The position numbers and the translations under genes were made by a program. A stretch of DNA of 64,000 bases from contig NC_068995.1 in the NCBI RefSeq assembly GCF_001194135.2, forward strand, positions 33,500,170 to 33,564,169, given 5' to 3'. Below the pieces are notes generated by a model. The model did no database searches, was not told where the DNA came from, and saw nothing but the letters and a program-made list of their open reading frames with translations. Positions 1 through 11,651 of this stretch are shown here, in pieces. The stretch is from Octopus bimaculoides. Taxonomy: Eukaryota. Position 1 is the stretch's first letter, and each line of letters starts with the position of its first letter.

Positions 1-1197
1 TTCTAACAGAAGAGGTGGTTTAGTACAACTTCCATGGTGGAAGGCAGTCTGGTTGCCGACTTTTGGATTTGTTCGGTTGTCATGTTGGGTAGACGAAGCA
101 GAAAGAGCAGCCGGATGAATATCCAAATATTTGCCTTGTTCAAATTTATGTGGAAACACATTGGTATTTTCTGGAAAGAATTCCGAACTATAATCGTCTT
201 TTTCTGAGATGTAACTTTGTATTTCCTGGATAGGTAATCCTAGAAAGGGTCGGCTTCTGGAACCATTCGTTGAATGACTAATGTTACGGCTCCAGCTGTT
301 CGTCTCTGTATTCATCGTACCTTTACCACTATCTATCGAAGCTTCATGACAATTCTGGTGGCACCGATGTCTATAGCTCAAAGGATATCTCTTCTTCATA
401 AATGGATGATCGGGAATTTCAGAGAGTGCTATTCTTTCTTTCGGATCTTTCCGTAATAGTAACTGGATCAGATCTTTGGCCTCCGGAGAAAGGTGATTGG
501 GCAAGTTGTATTCTACCATAATAACCCGGTTTAAGGTGCTTTTAACCGCTTCTGTATCAAATGGAGGGTTTCCAACAAGGAAGGTGTATAACATACATCC
601 AAGCGACCAGACATCTGCTTCTAATCCATGTGATGTACGCATAGCAACCTCCGGAGATATGTAATTCGGTGTTCCACACATAGTAAAGTGTTTTTCATCA
701 GGCATTTGGAGTTGAGTGGCCAGGCCAAAATCTGCGATCTTCACATCCATTTCGCGAGTAAGTAAGAGATTAGCCAGAGTTAGATCTCGATGCAAAATAT
801 TGTGAGAATGTAAATAAATCATTCCACTAATAATTTGATCCATAAATACGACAGCTTCTTCCTCAGAAAGAACTTTGTTGTATGCTTTTAGATAGCGATG
901 CAACTCTCCTCGATGACACAACTCCAATACGAGGTAGACATAATTTTTGTCCTCGAAGTATGTATAGAGTTCTAACACTGCTGGATGTTTCATACGAGAA
1001 TGGATCTCCACTTCTTTTCGAACCCTTGTCACCATATCGGCAGCTTTCATCAGTTTCTTGTCGATCATTTTTATAGCTACATCTTGTCCGGTTCTCATAC
1101 ATTTGGCACGGTAAACACATGCAAAACCTCCTTTGCCGAGCAGATTCAATACATTGTAATCTTCGATTTTGTCTCCAAAACTGTATGGATCTGCCAT
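1..1197 (-). CDS. PLK4: Serine/threonine-protein kinase PLK4 (SAK), N-terminal 399 codons; no intron, runs off the left edge
   Basis: Hand translation from ATG at 1197: [31 protein letters not shown]...[11 protein letters not shown]...[11 protein letters not shown]...[33 protein letters not shown]...[28 protein letters not shown]. The motifs [30 protein letters not shown] and FDT..VKSTL match my recollection of PLK4. A DSGKGT degron follows the kinase domain (316-333). No stop codon found down to base 1. Confidence 0.96.
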   Translation of the reverse strand, partial: MADPYSFGDKIEDYNVLNLLGKGGFACVYRAKCMRTGQDVAIKMIDKKLMKAADMVTRVRKEVEIHSRMKHPAVLELYTYFEDKNYVYLVLELCHRGELHRYLKAYNKVLSEEEAVVFMDQIISGMIYLHSHNILHRDLTLANLLLTREMDVKIADFGLATQLQMPDEKHFTMCGTPNYISPEVAMRTSHGLEADVWSLGCMLYTFLVGNPPFDTEAVKSTLNRVIMVEYNLPNHLSPEAKDLIQLLLRKDPKERIALSEIPDHPFMKKRYPLSYRHRCHQNCHEASIDSGKGTMNTETNSWSRNISHSTNGSRSRPFLGLPIQEIQSYISEKDDYSSEFFPENTNVFPHKFEQGKYLDIHPAALSASSTQHDNRTNPKVGNQTAFHHGSCTKPPLLLE

Positions 1198-1324
1198 TAT
1201 TAAGTTGACTCGACGAATTCCACATCGCTAAGTAATAAAAATTTGTTAAAACATTATCCTGAAATAAGCACAAAAGCTGACAGCAAGGTATCGGCGAAGC
1301 TTTAGGAAAGCCGTTGGTAACAAA

Positions 1325-1339
1325 CTCAAAGGACGCGCC
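1325..1339 (-). promoter_or_regulatory. CDE/CHR-like tandem element (GGCGC-gtcc-TTTGAG)
   Basis: Minus strand reads GGCGC, a 4-nt spacer, then TTTGAG, 128 bp upstream of the PLK4 ATG. Spacing is canonical CDE-4nt-CHR, but the CHR has one mismatch to TTTGAA. Confidence 0.35.
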
Positions 1340-1619
1340 TCGACATGTAGAAATATTTGAAAAACATTAATCGTCAACTAACAACATGTATGGAAACCTA
1401 AACGGAACATAATTATTACAATCTAATTCATCAAGTAAGAAGTTTACAAATTATATAAAAGTTATATTTAAACAAATAGATAATATTTTAAATTATTATT
1501 TTTTTTCTAATAAATCAACCTAATTTGTACGATTTTAAGAAGTTAAAATTTTTTTTATAATGTTCCGAATTTGTTACCATAGTTTTCGCATAACGTTTTT
1601 TGAATTACGTCCCTTGAGT

Positions 1620-1775
1620 ACACCGCCTCGTTGTTAGACCTGAAAATGTGAAAGGCACGGGGCAAGGATTCGTGATTCACCTTCGAACCAAATTTAACTT
1701 CTAGATGACATTTGTTCATCATGGATTATCATAATCAGCAATCCATAGTTTGTTTTTTAACGTTATCGGCATTTG
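1620..1775 (+). other. Candidate non-coding first exon of HMGCR (5' end uncertain)
   Basis: Strong donor TTG|GTAAGT at 1776-1781 at the end of the CpG-rich block. The first HMGCR coding exon starts at an acceptor, so an upstream exon must exist. A second GTAAGT at 2691 is an alternative candidate. Confidence 0.35.
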
Positions 1776-4017
1776 GTAAGTTATATCTTAAACAAGATTT
1801 TGTTTTAAAATTCTAAGCAAGTTTGTAATAATTATACTGAAACTATTTTGACTTCTTTTCCGTCTACAAAATTACGTCAGCCTTCCTGTATTGTTTATCT
1901 TCATCAACACCGTTTTATCGATATCGTTAGTCTCAGTGCTCACATTTAATCTCTCTCTAAATAGATGGAACGAGATAAATATTTACTTCCAACATCGAAA
2001 TGTATAATATAGATCAGATTTTATTTTGAGGGAAAATATAGTAATAGATCATGTGGAAATACGAATTGCCCATCCTTGAAATGGAGACAGTCTATAACCA
2101 ATACTTCGATCTTCCAATATTAGAGAAATTTGTAACTTTACAGTATTTTATTTATTTATATTATTGAGTAAATGATTAGATTATCTAGAACTGTTTGTCT
2201 AGCCAAACGTAATTCATTACCGTCTACTTTCATCTGTTAGGAGATAGTAATTGATTCTTACCATTAAACTCCTTGTAATATGTTATTACTATTTAATATT
2301 TGGCAACTGAAGGGTAAATGAGATCTGTTTGGACCGATTTAACCTTCTTCAGCTGATAAACCTGTTTGATTTTCAGTGTTGTTTGTTATTAAAGAGTTGG
2401 CAAAGAAAAAAAACCCCACAAAACACAATATATTCTCAGTTTCTTGAGTCTGAGTTATTTATTTATTTTAAATAATAAATATATTACTTGGTAGTAATAA
2501 AATATATTTATTTTTTATCCCATAACCTACTCCGAATACTCGTACAAAATGTTTTGAGAGTGAAAGCGGATGTTATGGAAGACAACTCTCATTGCAGTCA
2601 ATATTTTGTACAGTTATTCTGTAAACTTGTGCAAAATTATGATTTATTACTTCAAAATAAGAATGATTTCAGTAGTGCGTATTGACTAATGTAAGTATTT
2701 GTACTCTTCCATTTTCTGTATTATTTTGTATTCGCATTTCCAGAATACTTTTAGAAAATATCTACTGTAATGAGAGTTGTCTTTCCTTACTTCCGCTTCC
2801 ATCTTAATGGCATTTTTGTTCTTGTATTCTGCATTGAAATCATCTCACCAAATTCACTGCGCCTTCGTTTTAGAGTTAAATAACTAGAAATAAATACGAC
2901 GTTACCCAAGAATTTATGAAGATATCCAAATTTTCAGTCCCACCCATCCATAGTCACAGAGAATGACGGTAAAAAAAAAGCACAACTCCATTGATTTACA
3001 TGCTAGTGTATTCAATTCGAAATCGTGTCATTATAAACATACAAGTTGTTCAAAAGTACCGGGGAGTAGGGCTTTGAAGAGGTGGTGCGTAGTACTAGTT
3101 TCATGTCGTGAAGCAGATGAATAAATCTCTTTTGGAATGGAGAATCAAACAACTTTGGGTAACGAAGGCAATGTAAAATATAATGATATATCCCAAAATG
3201 AAATGAAACACCTGCTGTGGATTTGAACTGACCATCGATATGTTGCTAGTAATCTATTCAGTGGAGTTGCTTCTGTCGATCAGGTTAGTTGAAATGTATT
3301 GGGTAACATTTTTGCGATTTGGAGTGAGAAGCATATCCCTCTATTGTATAGCTCTGCTATTTCGTACAACCTATTGGTTGTAGGAATTGGACATTTTTGA
3401 TAATATGAACAGATAGGCAAAATAGAGGAGAGTTTGGGAGGCCTTGTAGTGTGAATGAGTTGGAAGTAAAAGCAACAGTAAATTTAGTGGCTTTATCAGC
3501 AAGAGTTACTTAAAGAACCATCTTGGCTAAAGGAGAGGTGAATAGGGGTATTCTGTAAAGTTATTAGAAATTGTTTGTAAGGTAACAAGGCCTGGCCACA
3601 ATTTTGGACAGAAGAGCTTGCAACTATGAGGCACAAATGCATCTTTTTACTGGCGGGCGTTGCAGTGATGACCTTTTATTAAGGTTTATTTGATTACCAA
3701 GCGCTCTCACAATGGTTTTCTTAGGAACAAAGTGTGAAGTTAGTCTGGCAAATTTTAAGTTAGTGGAAGTCAGTATATTTTTAAAATAAGTTATTAAATT
3801 ACTTGTTTGTATTTTTATCTTAAAAAGAATGAGCTATGAAAGTTGCAGAACTGGTGTAGAGGTGGAGGAGGAGGAGGAGCAGCTGGGTTTATTGTGTACA
3901 GTATTATGAATCAATATGTTTCCCATGGTAAACCTTTTGCTACTCTTTCATTAATTTAGTTTGATCATATTTTGTGCTTTACTGAGCACATGTGCATCAG
4001 ACATTTTAGTCTTGATC

Positions 4018-4320
4018 CAGTGGTTCTTAACCAGTGTTCGTATGACCCCTGGGGGTTCATATAAGATTTTGGGGGTTTCCACTCAAACAATGTAGTAAAT
4101 TGAGGAGCCACAGTAGTATATTAAGGTTCAATTAAAAAAAATTACTTTAGATGTTTTTATTGCAAGAAACAGCTCAGTTAGTTTCTTTCTCTCTTTTACA
4201 CAGTTCAGCCTACACAAGTTAATGTGTGAAAATCAAAATAGGGATTTTGAAAGAAATATCTATGGCGTAGCAATGGTGGTGGTAGGTGTCCATAGGTAAA
4301 AAAATGATTGAAAACCGCTG
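4018..4320. mobile_element. Degenerate hAT-like MITE
   Basis: Ends CAGTGGTTCTTAACC ... TTGAAAACCGCTG. Same terminal type as the 42550-42866 element. The TSD is degenerate. Confidence 0.55.
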
Positions 4321-5849
4321 GTCTAATTCCTGCTCTCATGTCAAGCTTGTCATCTAGACTGATGGAAAACAGTACAGAATCAAGGTGTTGTCAACCAGTT
4401 TTCCATAATCACATAGTTAGCTAATTGGAGTTCTACAAGTTCTATGCCAATTACTTTTGGAAGCAATTGTGCTTCACTTTTGAATCAGTGGAGACAACTG
4501 TGCAACAGCTAACTGAAAACACCCTCCACAATCCTTAGAAATCAATTCCTCCAAGTGGTTCAGTCTGGTTGTACAAGCAAATGGTAATATATACACAACC
4601 TCCTGGTGTAAAGTCACCACTATTAACTGAAAGCATTTACTCATCACTGCTATGTTTTGAAGATAGCCATCAAGAAAGAGAAGTATGCATTTCTGCACCG
4701 TAGTTGCAAGCTCTTTTGTATCCCTAAATTTTGTTTAGGCCTTCTGGCTCATTGCCAACTGAAATTAACTTTGCAGAATCTTCCTATACACCTTTCCTTA
4801 GCCAAGAGGGTTTTTTTAAGTAACATTCCTGTTGATAAAGCCACTGAATTTACTACTTATTTTGCTTTCCACTTATTCACACTCAGTGTGTGTTTGTGCA
4901 CACACATACACACACACTTCAGTAATAATCCTCCCAAACTCTCTTCAATTTGCTTGTCTCGGTACTGTGCTCACACAATTAATGAGTAGAAAAGAAAGGG
5001 TTTGATAAAATCACAAACGTACACCTAATGCATTCAGGACCTGAAAGAATCTTTGCACTTAACTAATGTCTGCCACTTTTCATACCATGTACAAGCTTCT
5101 ACATAGTTGCTTGGTTGCTAGAAATAACACCTATTCCTGCTTTAAATCTCATTCTAATGCCTTAAAAATGAGGTGGGGGATGCATTTTTTTTTATTGGTT
5201 AGTCAGAGGAAGCAGGATAATGCCCATGATCTTTTCCACTGCTTCTAAGACTAGTGGAAAGGAAATTATCTTCCAGAAATCTGGTCTGAAATCTTGCAAA
5301 AAATGGACTCAGACTGGATCAAAAGGATAGGTGGTGCTATTCAACTGGGTAGTGGATTAACTCCACCACCCTTTTGGAGAATGTACTCTTAGACACCCCT
5401 AGAAAACTGATGTGGTCACACATGGAATATCTCTGATCATAGGTCTTCTAGCTCAGAGTTTATCTGGAAGATGTATGATCAACAACTATTTATACCAACA
5501 TTGCCAAATTTCCAGAATCTGGAAAGTGGATTAAATCATCACAGTTTTAAAGCCCAACAAAACTCAGTTGCATTACAATACCATCATTCATTTCCACACA
5601 CTAAAAGAAAGTATTAGAAAAACTCATCCTTTGTAGCCCTTGCAAACCCCTTCCACAAGTTATAGCATAAATTCAGTTGACTACACTCAACTGTTACTCA
5701 TCCCCCCCCCATCATTTCCAAGGCTGTGGTGAAAAAAAGTTGGAAAAATTCCCACCAAAACAGAGAATGGGGACATAAATGCACCAACACCAGTGACATG
5801 CAAAGGCTTGAAAGAAATGAAGCTAATATGCTCTGCTGGATATGCAATG

Positions 5850-6291
5850 TCAATGTGCACATATGACAGAGTGTGTCTTAAGACAAAAATTGGGCTCAAG
5901 AGGCATCAGATGTAGTGTGCAAGAGAGAAGACTAAGCTGGTATGGTCATGTGATGTATGTGGACAAGACAGCTGCATAAAGAAGTATTGATCTTTAACTG
6001 TAGAGGGAATCTGTGGAAGAGGTAGACCAGGAGGATGAGATGGTGAAATATAATCTTTCGATGTTGAGTCTCACAGAGGTGACGACAAGTTAGCGAGACT
6101 TTTGGTGAGTTGCTATGCTTGAGAAGACATATCAAGCTAGTGAGTTCATAGTTGTGGTTAGTAAAAAGCACCCAGTACACTCTGTGGGTTGGTGTTAGGA
6201 AAACAGCCTAGTGAAGCTATCTGACTTACCAGTCCTAGTCAAACCATCTAAGCCATGCCAGCATGAAAATGAATACTAAATGATGATGATG
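5850..6291 (+). mobile_element. RTE-type LINE 3' fragment with (GAT)n tail
   Basis: Relic of the R-L-x-W-Y-G-H-V...CIKK...EG.CGRGRP C-terminus seen intact at 16990-17206, followed by the shared ccatgccagcatg...gatgatgat end. Confidence 0.75.
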
Positions 6292-6859
6292 GCACCCATA
6301 AACCATATAATATCTTTTACATAGAAGACAAAAATACAAGGCTTTAATTACAATATTTTCAGAATGTTCACAGATTGTTTACTGTCTTGTGCACATTCTG
6401 TTCACAAAATGTGCAGGAGACAGACAAAGTGATGCAATGCACAAAAATACATAGAACATTTATGAGTACATGAAGCCAACAGAAAGAAACCATCACTATG
6501 GTGTACAACTAATCTTTTAACACTTTGCTTAAAGTGTCCACCATAACTCTTATCCTGCCTGTCATTCAAGAGGGCTCTTCAGTCTTACACAGCAACCTCA
6601 ATGCTGATGTTGCAAAAAAACGTACCCAATATACTTTGCAAAGTGGTTGGAATTAGGAATGGGATCCATTTATAAGAATTATTGCAAAACTGAGTCACTG
6701 GAGCAGGATGAATGACACTAATTATATAATAATGATGCTCAGTTTACAACTACCACATGATGTCGAAATGAAGAGGGGCATACACATAACCAGAGTTTTC
6801 AAAAATTGCTTCTCGCTAGATTTCACAACTGATCTGTGATAGCAATCTATCATATTTAA

Positions 6860-7050
6860 CATTGCGAAAACTGCGTCCAAAAAAACTAGTTTTCCTCAGC
6901 TGAAATAAGTTGCTGATTCTCTATAAAATTCAAATAAGACCCACATTGGAGTACAATTCTCATATCTTACCAGTGCTGGTACATGCACTATCAACCTACA
7001 CAACATACAAAAGAGCCAATGTGGGAGCCTCTACATCAATGCTTGACTTG
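6860..7050 (+). mobile_element. Old LINE reverse-transcriptase remnant (CR1/Jockey-like C-terminus)
   Basis: Translated LILYKIQIRPTLEYNSHI resembles the LYK..IRP.LEY.S.VW motif downstream of LINE RT domains. Confidence 0.5.
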
Positions 7051-7322
7051 CTAAAAATAGAAACCAGATCTTCCTCATATAACACTCTACTGCCATGAAA
7101 AAGAAAAGATATATTGGATAATGTAGCTCTAGGTATACAAAAAAGATAGTTGGAATTATTTTAATTATATGTTTGCTCCATGAGATTAACAGCAACAATA
7201 ACTTCTAAAAGAAGGAAAGGTTAGCTAATTGGAAAATATTAACACACCAACTAACTTTCACCTCTGAACCAGAAATGCACTGTTTCTTCTTTCAAGCTGG
7301 CTTCTTCCTCTTCTGAACCAGG

Positions 7323-7408
7323 GTGAAATGAGTATTGAAATTCAATGATCTACTAAATCAGGAGTGTCAACCATTGCAAGCCAGGTATAGCTTGTGGCAG
7401 TGTTTAAT
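7323..7408 (+). repeat. 86-bp direct repeat, copy 1 (copy 2 at 8380-8465)
   Basis: gtgaaatgagtattgaaattcaatgatctactaaa...gtggcagtgtttaat occurs twice, 1057 bp apart, with few mismatches. Confidence 0.9.
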
Positions 7409-8591
7409 ACTTGTTACCCTCACTGCTTCATCAGGTCCCAGTGAGTTTTTTCTACATTGTCCTACAATTGTTGGAATTGAATATTAACCACATCAATTCA
7501 ACCTGTTTGGGAGAGCATACAATAATTACAACCACTGGCTCTCTTCCATTGGATTAACTTGAAAAAAAAAAAAATGAAATGTTTTAATTCTACTGCAAAC
7601 AGATCTTTAATTTTATTTAAACTTTAAAAACATATAGTTATGATTTTATTGAATCATATTTTTAAGAATCTGAGTTTAGAATAATGAATCTTATTATAAC
7701 TATTGTAATAACTAACATATGAATTAATAAAAACTAAGATAAAGAAAATAACCATTTAGTTTTGACATCAATAAGGTGAATTTCTTTCCCTTTTTTCTTT
7801 GAAATTCTCAGATGTAAATTTTGTTTCTTTATTTTCTTACATGACATTGTTGCTGCATAGCCAAAGGTCAGCTTTGATCCAGCAGATCTCTTGTTTAGAT
7901 ATAGTTTATGTTGAGTACTACATTATCCATTATCCAATCGCTTACCTACAAAATTGAAAGGATATTATTTTTCTCAGCCCTTACGTTATCCCAACTGCTC
8001 TTGCTATTTTCCCCTAGTGTTGTTAAGGTTCCCAATCTTGGTGTAGATGCTTCTTTGGTTATATTTTACATTATTTTTATTTCTTAGTGATTACAAATTA
8101 ACTCCCCTTTGTTATAGTTTATCATCCGAGACCATGCCTATATTTCATTATAAACATTAAAGGTATTACAATTAACATCAATGATTTTGATGTGAAGTTG
8201 TTTTCTCTGTCTGAAAACTGGTGAAAATATGCAAGTCTATATATCTGCTTTTTCGTACTGGCATGAGCTGGATGGGTTATCATCGTCTGAAAGGTGATAG
8301 AAAGTTTCATGATGAATGTTGGCAAAGAGTGGAGAAACAAGAGTGATGAAAGGCTAAAAGAGATAAAATATGTACTAGAGTGAAATGAGTATTGAAATTC
8401 AATGATCTACTAAACCAGGAGTGTCAAACATTGCAAGCCAGATGCAGCTCGTGGCAGTGTTTAATCAATTTTATATAAAAATAAATTTTTTAATTTTAAA
8501 ATATTGCATAAAAGTTATCTTGCTAGCATGTGTTTAGAATTGGATCTCAACCAAAGTTTTGATTAATATTGGTTCAGTTAGTGAAATCAGT

Positions 8592-9376
8592 GGATCTTTC
8601 TGATTTGGCGGGCGCCACTTTTTATTTATGTTTTATTTATTGTTTTCTACCGAAATATTTTAAAACTTCGTATACTTGTATATTTTGTCTTATAGAACAG
8701 ATAAAAAATTTTGTATTCGAAGTTATTTCATGTAAAAAAATTGTCGTATTTCGGTAATTTCAACCAATCACTGATGTCTATTGAGGTGAAAACAATTACT
8801 GCTGTGGAATGTAAACAACATGTTTTAGCAGTGTAATGGGATCTTTTCCCTTGAATAAAATTAGTGCCGTTGTTTGTCAACAACAACTTTCAGCGGTACT
8901 CTTATTTAGTACATCGTTCGTGCGTTTGGGTTATGAGTATTTTTGCCACATTTGGTGAAAATCTGTTCAATACACCGACACAACCAAATTTGGCAAAAAT
9001 ATTCATAACCCTGACCCTAACCCTAAAACTAAAACCAGTACAAACGCACAAACGATATCGTAAATAACAATACTGCTGATAGTTGTTGTTGACAAACCAC
9101 TGCACTAATTTCATTCAAGGGAAAAGATCCCATTACACCGCTAGAACATGTTGTTTACATTCCACAGCAGTAATTGTTTTCACCTCAATAGACATCAGTG
9201 ATTGGTTGAAATTACCGAAATACGACAATTTTAACACGAAATAACTTTCAAAAGATAAAATTTTCTCAATAACACTAAGAGTAAAAGATGTTTTATATGA
9301 CACATTCTACCTGTGTCCTAAGTTTGAAAGTGTTTCGTTAAGAAAACAAGTGGTGCCCGCCAAATCAGAAAGATCC
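8592..9376. mobile_element. Non-autonomous foldback DNA transposon, copy 1 (GGATC...GATCC ends, 8-bp TSD)
   Basis: Terminal inverted repeat ggatctttctgatttggcgggcgccactt / aagtggtgcccgccaaatcagaaagatcc. A long, near-perfect inner inverted repeat follows. TSD aaatcagt at 8584-8591 and 9377-9384. ccctaa-type units lie near the centre. Confidence 0.92.
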
Positions 9377-11651
9377 AAATCAGTTCACCTTAGGGAGTCT
9401 TTTGTTATCTGAACCAATGATGAAGAGGCTTATGAATCCATGTACTAAAAAACGTGACCTATTTCTCCTTCACTTTGTCTTTATATACTGAGCTAAATGA
9501 TTTTTTGGGTCAAATTTATGTACATATTTAAATGGATTTTAGTAATATGAATGATATTGAAAAGTTTTGCAGTTGAAACAATGCCAGCTTTTCATCAGAC
9601 ATTGATCTTCTCAAGAACTATGCATTGATTTAGACATTTTCTGTCTCATACTTAATTAGTCTGTATACATACATACATACATAGCTTGTAGATGAGTTTT
9701 TCTTTCACATCTCTGCATACAAGTTTTGCTAACACCTCATATTTTTTTCCTTTTTATATTGTTAATTAAATTTCTATAATATACTAGCTTAAAAGCTGCA
9801 CTCTGTGCAAACTTTTAAGCTAGCTTTTGCAGAGGGCTAATTGGGCCTATCACCCAAAACTAAAGAGAGCAATAATTAAGCATTTATTGGTACCCTACCA
9901 ATATGATATTATTTTAAATTCAGTTTAAATGATAAACTTGTAAGTTCACAAATTTTTGGTGTTCTTTTTAAAATTTGAATTTTCAACTGTTAGCATACAA
10001 CAAAACCTGATCCCAATGCTGGATGTTCAAGAACCAAATGAAGGGCAGATTTTCAATCCTAGGATCATCTTGATTCCAAAAAGGTATAATATGTCTGTAG
10101 AGCAAATGTAGACTGAGGTACAGGGGTCCTGGATGGACGGACAAGCAGAATTTCGCATTTATTATTATAGATACCAACACCTTTATTTACTTTGGTCTAT
10201 GTTGTGAATTGAATTTTTAATAATAATCGTTCCATTTGACCCATGAAATCTAGTTTATGCTTTAATTTACCCAACAAAACCAGATGATTTTGACATCTGT
10301 GTACTAAACCTTTGAAAGCAGTACCCCACCCCACCATAGTGACTGCAGCTAGTAATGAAAGAAAATGGAGCCCTTGTTCCATTAAATGTGTATATATTGG
10401 GCTACTAAAGAATGTAATTAATCACAAATTAATTTAGAAAATTTACTCATTTGAGTTTACATTCAAACTACTTTTTTCTTGCAGTGAGGGTACTGTAAAT
10501 GTTCTCCTTCAAAGCATCTCCTTTGTCATTGTATCAACTATATCAATCATTGGAGATAACATGTTCCTGTGCTACCTGATTAGGGAGCTTCTATGCTGTT
10601 GGTTGACTTGCTGGGTATAGTTGCTAAATTTTCCTCATCACACTCTGCTGCCTCAAAATGAGACCATTATATAATGTAGTCATAGCTATACTGTTTGAAT
10701 CTCTTTTTATCAATGATCTGCTCAATCAGAACTAACCTGGGGTTAAATCACAACTTCATTAACTCAGTATGTAGGCATATTATCTAAATATCCCAACACT
10801 TCTATCATCTTAGTAAGTATCTTGGAGGGATCTACAGCTTAATTATACTAAAACTCAGCCTCAGTAACTGGCTATGTTTTTCACCTTCGTTTGGGCTAGT
10901 ATCTCTCTATGCAATTTATATATATTAATCTCTTGTAGTGATAATTCCAATTTTTTTTTTTTTTTACTTTAAGGACAATTAAGTTTTGACACAATTCTCA
11001 ATGACGTCCTGGTTCATATAAATACATTGCTAGGTCCTTGCCTTTTTAGAGTGTAGAACAACATTAACAAATCTCTTGGCTATCCCTACTCTCTATTTAT
11101 TCTTGAAATTTCTAATACCGTTGTGTTTATTCTCGAAAATCCATGCTGCTAAAGATCAGACTCGCTCCGCTTTTACATTCAGATTTTTAATGAAAATTTC
11201 AGGGTTATTTCCCTTGCTTTTCATTTTTGACCAGATTTAGTGATTTAGAAAACGATTATTTTCATCACTTAAAGTCAAATTTAAAAACCAGATTCACTCC
11301 GCACTGGAGTCCATATTTAATTAATTTTAATTAAAATTTCAACGTTGTCTCCTTTTGTCCGCTTTTTTATTGATCATTTAGAAATAAATCGTTCTTATAA
11401 CTGAGGGTGTAATTTTAATTAATTAATATTTCTTGGCTATAATAGCAATTAAAACAATGTTGGGATCATATTCCACTTAGGACAGAAATTGGGGTTGATA
11501 ACCATTTGCTGGTATGACTAAATTCACTACATGTGTGGTAGGTTGTAAGATTATCACTGTCTTTCCGAAGTTTGTTCTATATCATAGAACTCCAGCAGCT
11601 TTATTTAACTCCTTATTCCTTGCATTATGACCATTATCTAGGATATCTATC

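Larger units (their letters stand above)
1200..1900. promoter_or_regulatory. CpG-retaining region, probable promoter of PLK4 and possibly bidirectional with HMGCR
   Basis: CpG dinucleotides are visibly frequent here (e.g. gacgcgcctcgac, acaccgcctcg, ggcacgggg) compared with the CpG-poor repeat DNA downstream. It lies directly 5' of the PLK4 ATG. CRE-like TTACGTCA at 1872-1879. Confidence 0.5.

Noticed and set aside
863-1273. 136-aa minus-strand ORF, plus the small plus-strand ORFs at 274-1203
   Set aside because: Alternative-frame or antisense shadows of the PLK4 coding sequence.
9990-10390. Exon-like, higher-complexity segment with a possible ttag acceptor and aaag|gtat donor
   Set aside because: No recognisable protein in any frame and weak splice signals. 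It could be a non-coding exon, but I cannot support that.
11150-11400. CpG-retaining patch with repeated cagactcgctccgc / cagattcactccgc
   Set aside because: Might be an enhancer or TE fragment, but there are no termini, ORF or second copy to support a call.
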